Positions 9,881 to 17,847 of a DNA stretch of 57,654 bases are shown piece by piece (positions within the stretch are counted from its first letter, which is position 1; every line of letters begins with the position of its first letter). The DNA is taken from positions 1 to 57,654 of the forward strand of contig JAZBOU010000178.1 of NCBI GenBank assembly GCA_036351275.1. Direction: 5' to 3'. A program made the translations under genes and the position numbers. Below the pieces are notes generated by a model, which made no database searches, had not been told where the DNA came from, and worked only from the letters and a program-made list of their open reading frames with translations. The stretch is from Bacteroidales bacterium. GTDB lineage: Bacteria; Bacteroidota; Bacteroidia; Bacteroidales; B18-G4.

Positions 9881-9898
9881 CACTTTCACATATTCTTA

Positions 9899-9912
9899 TT
9901 GATATATATCAA
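9899..9912. promoter_or_regulatory. FNR/CRP-type operator TTGATATATATCAA
   Basis: Perfect 14-bp palindrome identical to the FNR consensus TTGAT-N4-ATCAA. It lies 106 nt after the Crp/Fnr gene stop and 144 nt before the multihaem cytochrome start. Confidence 0.6.
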
Positions 9913-10055
9913 CATCGTGCTGTTTTAATACCATGATTCGCTGCTGGATCCATCAGCTAAGTCGTCATGTACATCATGGGTTGTTTTCCCCCTGCTGTTT
10001 GAGCTTTTCATAAAATTGTACTGAAAAAAATTAACCAAATTAATTTTCACACAAT

Positions 10056-11114
10056 ATGAAAAAGCTAAACACTATTTTATTCTTTATTCCGGTAATCGTT
10101 TTAATCGTGATCATTGCCAGTTGCACCAAAGAAGGTCCACAGGGTCCGGCTGGTGAAGATGGAATAAACGGTACAGATGGTACAGCCACATGTGCTCAGT
10201 GTCATAATTCAGGTGAAGCATTCTTTGCCAAGGTTGTACAATGGGAGGCCTCTGTGCACGCCACAGGCGGAAATTTTGAACGCAATGGTAGCAGCTGTGC
10301 CCCCTGTCACACCAGCATGGGTTTCAGGGAAGTTCTTGAAACAGGGGAAACATCAACTTCGGCCACCATCAGCGACCCAACACCGATCAGTTGCTACACC
10401 TGTCACAAAGTGCATGAAACCTACACTACAGATGACTGGGAACTCAGGACTATTGCTGCAGTTACATTCCAGGAGGGTTCTGCTACATTTGACTATGGCT
10501 CATCCAACCTCTGCGCAAACTGTCACCAGTCCCGCCCGGCAAGCCCTTACCCGGACCTGGGGACAGGTACAATAGAATTTACGGAGGATGACAGCTATCG
10601 CTGGGGACCCCACCACGGTCCGCAGTCAAACCTGTTTGCCGGAGTTGATAAAAGTGGCGCCTATGAATTAGGTAGTGGCTATGCCAACTCATGGCATACG
10701 AATAATTTCGATAACGCCTGTAAATCCTGCCACATGGCTGAAGCCTTTGGTGCCCAGTCCGGTGGTCATACATTCGCCATGGGTTACGAATATCATGGGA
10801 GTACAGAACTCAACACCGCAGGTTGCCTTGTCTCCGGTTGTCATACCGACGAAGACAATCTCCTCAACACCGTTGAAGAAAAGAAGATGGAAATAGAAGA
10901 CCTGATGGCTGACCTGAAAGTCCTGCTCGAAGCAAACGGCATCATGGATACAGTAGCTCACCCGGGATACCTGGTAATTCCGGGAACGTATCCAAACGAA
11001 CTTGCGGGTGCTTTCTACAATTATAAGTTCATTGAGGAGGACCGTAGTAATGGGCTGCACAACTACAAGTATACCAAGACCCTTCTTGAGAACTCAATTG
11101 CAGCAATACAGTAA
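10056..11114 (+). CDS. Multihaem c-type cytochrome lipoprotein (5 CxxCH + 1 CxxxxCH)
   Basis: 352 aa, lipobox IIASC, six GXY triplets. Motifs CAQCH, CAPCH, CYTCH, CANCH, CKSCH and CLVSGCH. Confidence 0.85.
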   Translation: MKKLNTILFFIPVIVLIVIIASCTKEGPQGPAGEDGINGTDGTATCAQCHNSGEAFFAKVVQWEASVHATGGNFERNGSSCAPCHTSMGFREVLETGETSTSATISDPTPISCYTCHKVHETYTTDDWELRTIAAVTFQEGSATFDYGSSNLCANCHQSRPASPYPDLGTGTIEFTEDDSYRWGPHHGPQSNLFAGVDKSGAYELGSGYANSWHTNNFDNACKSCHMAEAFGAQSGGHTFAMGYEYHGSTELNTAGCLVSGCHTDEDNLLNTVEEKKMEIEDLMADLKVLLEANGIMDTVAHPGYLVIPGTYPNELAGAFYNYKFIEEDRSNGLHNYKYTKTLLENSIAAIQ

Positions 11115-11190
11115 TTATTAATTGATGTTTCGAAAAAGGGCTTCAGTGGATAATTGAGGCCTTTTTTCGTTTCATCTTAAAAAAAAATAT

Positions 11191-11559
11191 ATGAAAATAT
11201 TGAAATCCATACTCTTCGTCGTCATCGCAGGGACACTGCTCACGGCCTGCGAATATGAATGGATACAGCCGGAAAAAAAACCAATTCCGGAAAGTGTGAG
11301 TTTCGCCAATGACATCATGCCTATCTTCAATAACGGCTGCAATACCAATGTATGTCATGGAGCAGGTTCCACACCACCGGATCTTTCTGAGGGGAATGCT
11401 TACAGTTCCCTGATGGATGGTGCTTATGTTGATACCATTGATCCTGAGGCAAGTATTTTGTATACCACCATGAACAGTGGCTCGATGGTGCCCTACACCG
11501 CCCCGGGCGATGATGATATTGTGCTTGCCTGGATACAACAGGGAGCTAAAAACAACTAA
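11191..11559 (+). CDS. Lipoprotein with one PSCyt1-like (planctomycete cytochrome c-like) domain, CxxxxCH variant
   Basis: 122 aa, lipobox LLTAC. DIMPIFNNGCNTNVCHGAGSTPPDLS...MVPYTAPGDDDIVLAWIQQGAKNN has the same architecture as the repeats at 21972-23334. Confidence 0.65.
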   Translation: MKILKSILFVVIAGTLLTACEYEWIQPEKKPIPESVSFANDIMPIFNNGCNTNVCHGAGSTPPDLSEGNAYSSLMDGAYVDTIDPEASILYTTMNSGSMVPYTAPGDDDIVLAWIQQGAKNN

Positions 11560-11578
11560 TGCCTTAAAATCTCAGACT

Positions 11579-12445
11579 ATGAAAAAAACATATAGCTTGA
11601 TTACAATCCTGTTTCTTTTGCCGTTGTTTTTATTCCCGCAGGAAACAGAAAAGAAGATCAAAAGCAAACCGGTAAGAGCACCGTTTGCCTGTCCGGTAGT
11701 GATTGATAACCAGACCGTGTACATTCCAACAGCCAAAACACTCGAATTTGTCATCGAACACAGGTTCGACAAAATAGAAAACATCTCCAACCTGTTTGGG
11801 ATCTATGGTTCATCGAATATCCGCCTGGGCGCGAACTACAGCATCACAAATAAATTGTCCGTAGGGTATGGTATTACCAAATACCGTATGCTTTCCGATT
11901 TCAGGATCAAGTATAATATCCTTGAACAAACCAGGGATAACAAGATCCCCATTGCCCTGACAGCCTATGGGAATATGGGAATCGACGGACGCAATGAAAG
12001 TTATTTCGGGCAGGATTACAAATTCACCAACCGCTTTTCCTATTTTACTGAACTGATCGTTGCACGTAAATTCACCGACTGGCTTTCCATTCAGGTTTCC
12101 GGTAGCTTTTCACATATTAACCGGGTGGATTCTTTGATGGAGCATGACCAGTTTGGGATCTCATTTTCAGGAAGGGCAAGGATCACTCCGCAGTCTTCTA
12201 TTGTATTTAATTATGGTATACCGCTTCAGATCAAAGCGATTGCTGAACATACGACTTTTACCAATCCTCCGACGGATAATTTTGGGATAGCCTGGGAAAT
12301 TTCAACAAGTACTCACTGCTTCCAGATCTTTGTAACATCAGCTACGGATCTTAATCCCCAGTACACTATGATGACAAATCAGAACGACTGGACCAATGGA
12401 GACCTGTACTTTGGCTTTACGATCACTCGACTATGGAGTTTTTAA
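11579..12445 (+). CDS. Outer-membrane beta-barrel protein (I recall this as the Bacteroidota DUF5777 family; verify)
   Basis: The internal ATG at 11579 gives the signal peptide MKKTYSLITILFLLPLFLFPQ. The track ORF from 11477 overlaps the upstream gene. Alternating beta-strand pattern with a C-terminal aromatic (LWSF). Clear paralogue of 19979-20875 (IARKF, FQIF, W.NGD..FGF.ITR blocks). Confidence 0.7.
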   Translation: MKKTYSLITILFLLPLFLFPQETEKKIKSKPVRAPFACPVVIDNQTVYIPTAKTLEFVIEHRFDKIENISNLFGIYGSSNIRLGANYSITNKLSVGYGITKYRMLSDFRIKYNILEQTRDNKIPIALTAYGNMGIDGRNESYFGQDYKFTNRFSYFTELIVARKFTDWLSIQVSGSFSHINRVDSLMEHDQFGISFSGRARITPQSSIVFNYGIPLQIKAIAEHTTFTNPPTDNFGIAWEISTSTHCFQIFVTSATDLNPQYTMMTNQNDWTNGDLYFGFTITRLWSF

Positions 12446-12508
12446 AACGATATTAAACCCGCTTGATGCGCATAAATAACTTGTTAAACACCTAATAATT
12501 CTAGAAAT

Positions 12509-12934
12509 ATGAAAACAAAATTGATCAACAGACTAATTGTACTGGCTGGTACCATAGTATTTGCTTTTGCATTTATGGCATTTATCAGCCCACAGGACGG
12601 ACAAAAGAAAGGTGCTCCCTGGGACATTCCTTCAAAATATGCAAAAATGGAAAATCCCTATGCCAACGACGACCTGACCAAGGTAGGTAAAATGTTGTAC
12701 AGCAAACATTGCAAATCCTGTCATGGGAATAATGGACTTGGCGACGGACCGAAGGCCAAGCAACTGGAAACATTCCCCGGTGATTTTTCCTCTGAAGCAT
12801 TTCAATCCGAAACGGATGGTGAACTATATTATAAATCATTCATCGGCAGGGATGAAATGCCCAATTACGAGAAAAAAATAACGGATGAAGAAGACCGTTG
12901 GGCGATCATCAATTATTTGAGGACACTGAAATAA
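12509..12934 (+). CDS. Monohaem class-I cytochrome c
   Basis: 141 aa, signal/anchor, CKSCHGNNGLGDG haem site, distal Met candidate in GRDEMPNY. Confidence 0.85.
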   Translation: MKTKLINRLIVLAGTIVFAFAFMAFISPQDGQKKGAPWDIPSKYAKMENPYANDDLTKVGKMLYSKHCKSCHGNNGLGDGPKAKQLETFPGDFSSEAFQSETDGELYYKSFIGRDEMPNYEKKITDEEDRWAIINYLRTLK

Positions 12935-12948
12935 AACAGCAAGAATAT

Positions 12949-12983
12949 AAAAGGTGTCATTTGCTTCAAATGGCACCTTTTTT
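12949..12983 (+). terminator. Rho-independent terminator inside the cytochrome cluster
   Basis: 13-bp stem (12949-12961 / 12969-12981, one G-U pair), 7-nt loop TGCTTCA, T-run. Lies 15 nt after the stop at 12934. Confidence 0.65.
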
Positions 12984-13000
12984 CAACGCATTGCCTTGTT

Positions 13001-13981
13001 ATGAAAAAAACGTTGCTTCTATTGCTCCCCTTCATCATAATTATACCACTGATCCTGATATTTCAGCCTCTTTCTTCACAAACTCCCGTTGAAACGGAAG
13101 AGAGGGTATACGAATTTATCGATGAAAATCAGTCGTGCCTTAAATGTCATGGAGACAGCTATTACCATTATTACAATGACTGGGTGGAGCGGGAGATCAA
13201 AGACAGGATGAATCCGTATTATATTATCGATTCGGCTGATTTTTATGCTTCAAACCATTGGAATTTCAGATGCATCGACTGCCATTCAGTGGATTACAGT
13301 GAGTTTCCCCATCCGGGGGAACTGCGCATGGAGCCTTCTTATGAATGCATCGATTGCCATGGTTGGGATGAAAATTATGCACAGTATAACTTTGAAGAAA
13401 TTGAAGAAGATTTTCACAAAAGTGTGCATTCTTCAAAGCATTCAGATGAATTTACCTGCTGGATGTGTCATGATCCTCACACATACAAGATCAACGCCAG
13501 GACAAATGAAAATATGGAGGAATTCATCCAATATGATAACGAGATCTGCCTGAGCTGCCATGCCAATATCTCAAAATATCAGTTGCTCACAAACCTGGAT
13601 AACCCGAATATAATAGATAAACACGATTGGCTGCCCGCCCAGGGGCTTCATTTTAAAAATGTACGGTGTATAGAATGTCATGCCGAGATCAATGACTCAT
13701 TACTGGTTGCACACAATATTCAGCCTAAAGAAAAAGCTGTAAAAAGATGCGTAGAATGCCATTCTAAAAATTCAATGCTGCTGACATCTTTATATAAGAT
13801 GCAGTTTACTGATCAGCGATCGATCACGGGATTCTCCAACGCTGCCATGCTGGAAGAAGGATATATCATTGGTGCAAACAGGAATTATTACCTGAACCGG
13901 CTAAGCATCATACTCTTTGGCCTTGTTTTGCTATTCATAGGATTACATGCCGTACTGCGTATAACTGCCAAACACTCATAG
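13001..13981 (+). CDS. Heptahaem c-type cytochrome with C-terminal membrane anchor
   Basis: 326 aa with a signal peptide. Seven CxxCH motifs (CLKCH, CIDCH x2, CWMCH, CLSCH, CIECH, CVECH). C-terminal TM LSIILFGLVLLFIGLHAVL. Confidence 0.85.
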   Translation: MKKTLLLLLPFIIIIPLILIFQPLSSQTPVETEERVYEFIDENQSCLKCHGDSYYHYYNDWVEREIKDRMNPYYIIDSADFYASNHWNFRCIDCHSVDYSEFPHPGELRMEPSYECIDCHGWDENYAQYNFEEIEEDFHKSVHSSKHSDEFTCWMCHDPHTYKINARTNENMEEFIQYDNEICLSCHANISKYQLLTNLDNPNIIDKHDWLPAQGLHFKNVRCIECHAEINDSLLVAHNIQPKEKAVKRCVECHSKNSMLLTSLYKMQFTDQRSITGFSNAAMLEEGYIIGANRNYYLNRLSIILFGLVLLFIGLHAVLRITAKHS

Positions 13982-13983
13982 CG

Positions 13984-14601
13984 ATGGAAGATAAATTATA
14001 TTTATACCCCTTATGGGTCAGGTCATGGCACTGGCTTAATGCCATTTTATGCCTTATCCTAATAATTACCGGCCTGAGCATGCAGTATTCCGATCCGGAG
14101 TACCCCATTATCAGGTTTGACTATTCCGTTGCGATCCATGATACGGCTGGAATTGTACTCACTGTCAGTTATTTATTTTTCCTGCTCGGCAACATCTTTA
14201 CGTCAAATGGAAACCAGTATTTATTCAGGCTGAAGGGTTACTTTAAAAACGTAAGCAAACAATTCCGCTATTATGCCTACGGTATGTTCAAAGGAGAAAA
14301 CCCTCCGTTTGAGATCACCGAAAAAAATAAGTTTAACCCGCTCCAGCGATTCAGTTATGTGGTGATCATGTACATTGCCACCCCGGTGGTCGTTATTACA
14401 GGATTAATGTTATTGTACCCCGAATATTTCCTCCACGATATATTTGGCAACAGGAGCATACATTATACCGACCTTGTTCATGTCGTGGTGGGATTCATTA
14501 TTTCCTTATTCATGATTATTCATGTGTATTTCTGCACAATAGGACTCAAACCCTGGAGCAATTTCAGGGCCATGTTCACTGGCTTTCATGAAAAGCATTA
14601 A
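13984..14601 (+). CDS. Dihaem b-type cytochrome (PhsC / FdnI / hydrogenase cytochrome b family)
   Basis: 205 aa with four TM helices. Conserved WHWLNA, AIHD, NPLQR, LVHVV and IIHVY (four His candidates). Starts 3 nt after the heptahaem gene. Confidence 0.75.
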   Translation: MEDKLYLYPLWVRSWHWLNAILCLILIITGLSMQYSDPEYPIIRFDYSVAIHDTAGIVLTVSYLFFLLGNIFTSNGNQYLFRLKGYFKNVSKQFRYYAYGMFKGENPPFEITEKNKFNPLQRFSYVVIMYIATPVVVITGLMLLYPEYFLHDIFGNRSIHYTDLVHVVVGFIISLFMIIHVYFCTIGLKPWSNFRAMFTGFHEKH

Positions 14602-14624
14602 GGTACATTTAAAATAAGATCAGG

Positions 14625-15563
14625 ATGGAACACGAGAGCAAAGAAAATCCCAGGAGGGAGTTTATTCGGCGAGGCCTGCTTGCCGGCCTGGGATCCATTG
14701 CTGCGGGAAGTTTGCTTACTTCCTGCAAAGATGATAAATCAGGGAAAAAAGTTAAAGTCCTGACACCCGACGGGAAGTTGGTGGAAGTCGATGCCTCAGA
14801 CATTCAGCCCTCGGAAGAATATAAAATACAGGCCAGAGAGGGTATACCCGGCAGGAAATTCGTCATGGTGATCGACCTGGCAAAATGCTACAATGCCAGG
14901 AAATGTGTCGAGGCATGCCAGGAAGGGCATCACCTCCCTAAAAATCATGAGTACATGAAGGTATACCTGATGCAGGATTCCGATAAATCAGCACCATACT
15001 GGTTTCCAAAACCCTGCTTCCAGTGCGACAATCCATTGTGTGTAAGTGTATGCCCGGTGGGAGCAACATATAAACGGACAGATGGCATTGTGATTGTTGA
15101 TCATGACCGCTGCATAGGATGCAAGTTTTGTATGACAGGCTGCCCTTATTCAGCCAGGAATTTTGCCTGGAAACACCATGAGGAATACGACGACACGATT
15201 GTTTACAATCCTGAAAGCAGTGTTCCAGGGCAGGAAGGTACGGTTTCTAAATGCATTTTTTGTGCCGACAGGCTCAGGGAAAACAAGCTGCCATATTGCC
15301 TTTTGGCCTGCCCCATGGGTGTGATCTACTTTGGCGATATTGATGAAGACGCTGTTACAAATGGATCAGAAACCGTGTCATTCAGTGAATTGATCCGAGA
15401 CCGGCACGGCTATCGGTACCTGGAAGGTCTTGGTACACGGCCAAGTGTGTATTACCTCCCGCCGGTGAACAGGCAGTTCCCTGTTGACCGGGGATATGAC
15501 AGTCTGGATGAAGAGATCAAAGAACGGTATAAGGATACACCATACGCTAAAAACAGGGGGTAA
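14625..15563 (+). CDS. Tat-exported 4Fe-4S ferredoxin-type subunit (NrfC/PsrB/HmcB-like)
   Basis: 312 aa. Twin-arginine signal PRREFIRRGLLAGLGSIAAG. Four Cys clusters including CFQCDNPLCVSVCP and CIGCKFCMTGCP. Confidence 0.9.
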   Translation: MEHESKENPRREFIRRGLLAGLGSIAAGSLLTSCKDDKSGKKVKVLTPDGKLVEVDASDIQPSEEYKIQAREGIPGRKFVMVIDLAKCYNARKCVEACQEGHHLPKNHEYMKVYLMQDSDKSAPYWFPKPCFQCDNPLCVSVCPVGATYKRTDGIVIVDHDRCIGCKFCMTGCPYSARNFAWKHHEEYDDTIVYNPESSVPGQEGTVSKCIFCADRLRENKLPYCLLACPMGVIYFGDIDEDAVTNGSETVSFSELIRDRHGYRYLEGLGTRPSVYYLPPVNRQFPVDRGYDSLDEEIKERYKDTPYAKNRG

Positions 15564-15565
15564 GC

Positions 15566-16885
15566 ATGGAAAGCACAAACACTGCCAGTTTCGACAAACT
15601 CCGGGAATTCCGTTCACAGGTAGAAAGACCGAGCAAAATCTCTATCGCCTGGATCGTTTTGCTGGTTCTACTTATTATCTGGGGATTATATGCACTCTAC
15701 ACCCAGATAACTGAAGGCCATATAGTAACCGGGATGAGAGATAATGTGGTCTGGGGTATATATATTGTTAATTTCATTTTCTTCATGGGGATCAGTTACG
15801 CAGGTGCGCTGATCTCAGGCACTCTCCACCTTTTCAGGACCAGCTGGAGGAAGCCGGTAATTCGCATGGCTGAATTCATCACCATCATTGCCCTGTTTAT
15901 TGGCCCGCTGTATATTTTGCTATGTATCGGCCGCCTTGAACGCATCCCCTACCTTGTACTTTTCGGCAGGATACAGTCGCCAATAACCTGGGACGTAATT
16001 GCCATCTCAACCGATATCATAGGATGTATAATATTTCTGTACCTCTCAGTCCTGAGGGATATTGCAGCCTTGCGTGATTTTAAAGACCTGAAGATCCCCA
16101 AATGGAGAAAGACACTATACCGGTGGCTCGCACTGGGCTATACAGGTACACCCGAACAACAAAAAAGATTGAATAGTGCAACCGATGTCATGGCTGCCAT
16201 GGTCATCGCAATCGCAATCATTGTGTATTCTGTGCTGGCATGGATCTTCAGCGTTACCCTCCAGCCCGGGTGGCACAGTACAATATTCGGACCTTATTTC
16301 GTGATCGCAGCAGTTTATTCGGGTACCGGCGTGCTCATTATTGCAATGTGGCTTTTCCGCAAGATCTATCGTCTTGAAAAATACCTTACCCGTAAGCATT
16401 TTGTGAATATCGGCGTACTCATGCTGATCCTTGCTGCATTTTTCGGATATTTTACTTTTAGCGAATATCTTACGAAATGGTATGGATCGCAAAAGGATGA
16501 TGAGAAACTGATCAGCCTTCTGATGGACAAATATTTCCTGATGTTCATAATTTCCAATTACCTGGGAGTGCTTATGCCACTTATCGTAGTGGGAATACCC
16601 AAATTCAGGACCATCAATATGATAACCATTACGGCAGTAGTTGTGGTCATTGCGCTATGGTTAAACCGCTATCTTATCGTGATTCCAACGCTTGAATCGC
16701 CCTACCTTCCAATACAGGATGCGCGTATTGACTGGGTGTCCTATTCAGGTACGTGGGTAGAGTGGGCGCTGACCATCTCGGGAGTTGCTGCATTTTGCCT
16801 TTTCTTTACAATAGGAGCCCGGTTTATACCGATCATTCCGGTCTCGCAAGAAAAAGAAAAAAGAAAAAACAAGGAAATTCTGTAG
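15566..16885 (+). CDS. NrfD/PsrC/HmcC-like integral membrane quinol-interacting subunit
   Basis: 439 aa, about 10 TM helices, N-terminal region typical of the NrfD family. Starts 3 nt after the FeS gene. Confidence 0.88.
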   Translation: MESTNTASFDKLREFRSQVERPSKISIAWIVLLVLLIIWGLYALYTQITEGHIVTGMRDNVVWGIYIVNFIFFMGISYAGALISGTLHLFRTSWRKPVIRMAEFITIIALFIGPLYILLCIGRLERIPYLVLFGRIQSPITWDVIAISTDIIGCIIFLYLSVLRDIAALRDFKDLKIPKWRKTLYRWLALGYTGTPEQQKRLNSATDVMAAMVIAIAIIVYSVLAWIFSVTLQPGWHSTIFGPYFVIAAVYSGTGVLIIAMWLFRKIYRLEKYLTRKHFVNIGVLMLILAAFFGYFTFSEYLTKWYGSQKDDEKLISLLMDKYFLMFIISNYLGVLMPLIVVGIPKFRTINMITITAVVVVIALWLNRYLIVIPTLESPYLPIQDARIDWVSYSGTWVEWALTISGVAAFCLFFTIGARFIPIIPVSQEKEKRKNKEIL

Positions 16886-16913
16886 AGGTTTTGTAACGAT
16901 AAAAGCAGAAGCG

Positions 16914-17783
16914 ATGAAAAAACTGATCCTATATTCAATCTTTATCATACTGGCCTGGGGTATTTCGTTTTCAACAGCCTATCCAAATGATGACGAACCC
17001 GGTGAGATCTACATGGAATTCACTACCTGGAAATATAATGATATGAGCCGTTCTCTCATAGCAAAACTTAGCTCAGATAATGACGACGGAGAATATTTTG
17101 TACGAGACATTCCGGTACAATTCTACCTGACAGACGGTGAAGAAAACCTCATACTCGGAGAAGCAGTAAGTGATAATAACGGTATAGCAGAATTGAATAT
17201 ACCTGATGGAAATGTGATTTACCCGATGGACGAAGAAGGCTACATATATTTTACCGCCAATTACCCCGGAGGAGACAGATACCTGGAGGTTGAAGAGGAA
17301 CTGATGGTGAAAGACGTAAGTATCAGCCTTTCATTAGAGGATGGTGAGGATGGAAAGTTCATCTATTTCAAAGGTGTGATCCACGGACCTGAAGAAGACT
17401 GGCCCCTGGCGGATGATGACCTTTACTTTTACGTCCCGAGAATGTTCAGTGATATGAAGATAGCTGATGGCTGGTTTGAAGAGGACGGAACCGGCTTTGT
17501 CGAGTTTCCAACAACCGTTGTCGGTGACTCGGTTGGGAATGTATTGGTTAAAGCCAGATTATTTGAGCACTACGACTATGGCAATGTTGAGGTAACGAAA
17601 ATGGTGAACTGGGCCAGACCGAAACGACTGATCTCAGCAGAAAAGCCGGTACGGGAACTCTGGACACCCATAGCACCGCTCTGGATGATCATTACCCTCA
17701 TCATCATGCTTACCGGGGTATGGGCACATTATATCTACGCGATCATCCAGCTAATACTCATTAAACGTTCTAAGAATAAATAA
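16914..17783 (+). CDS. Hypothetical periplasm-facing protein with signal peptide and C-terminal TM anchor
   Basis: 289 aa, acidic, beta-rich. C-terminal TM LWMIITLIIMLTGVWAHYIYAIIQLIL. No recognisable motif. Confidence 0.5.
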   Translation: MKKLILYSIFIILAWGISFSTAYPNDDEPGEIYMEFTTWKYNDMSRSLIAKLSSDNDDGEYFVRDIPVQFYLTDGEENLILGEAVSDNNGIAELNIPDGNVIYPMDEEGYIYFTANYPGGDRYLEVEEELMVKDVSISLSLEDGEDGKFIYFKGVIHGPEEDWPLADDDLYFYVPRMFSDMKIADGWFEEDGTGFVEFPTTVVGDSVGNVLVKARLFEHYDYGNVEVTKMVNWARPKRLISAEKPVRELWTPIAPLWMIITLIIMLTGVWAHYIYAIIQLILIKRSKNK

Positions 17784-17820
17784 ATTCGGTATTCGATTAC
17801 CGAAATTTCGCTTTATTCTA

Positions 17821-17828
17821 TACTTTTG
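17821..17828 (+). promoter_or_regulatory. Bacteroidota -7 box TACTTTTG
   Basis: Matches TAnnTTTG, 20 nt upstream of the ATG at 17848. A possible internal promoter for ccsBA. Confidence 0.45.
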
Positions 17829-17847
17829 CAGATAGAAAACATCATTA

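Noticed and set aside
10134-10187. A collagen-like tract GPQGPAGEDGINGTDGTA directly after the lipobox Cys of the 6-haem cytochrome.
   Set aside because: There are only six GXY triplets, too short to argue for a stable triple helix. It is more likely a flexible linker between the lipid anchor and the haem domain.
11477-11578. A 34-codon N-terminal extension of the barrel ORF that overlaps the upstream lipoprotein gene.
   Set aside because: The internal ATG at 11579 yields a canonical signal peptide and removes the 83-nt overlap. The extension has no signal-like features.
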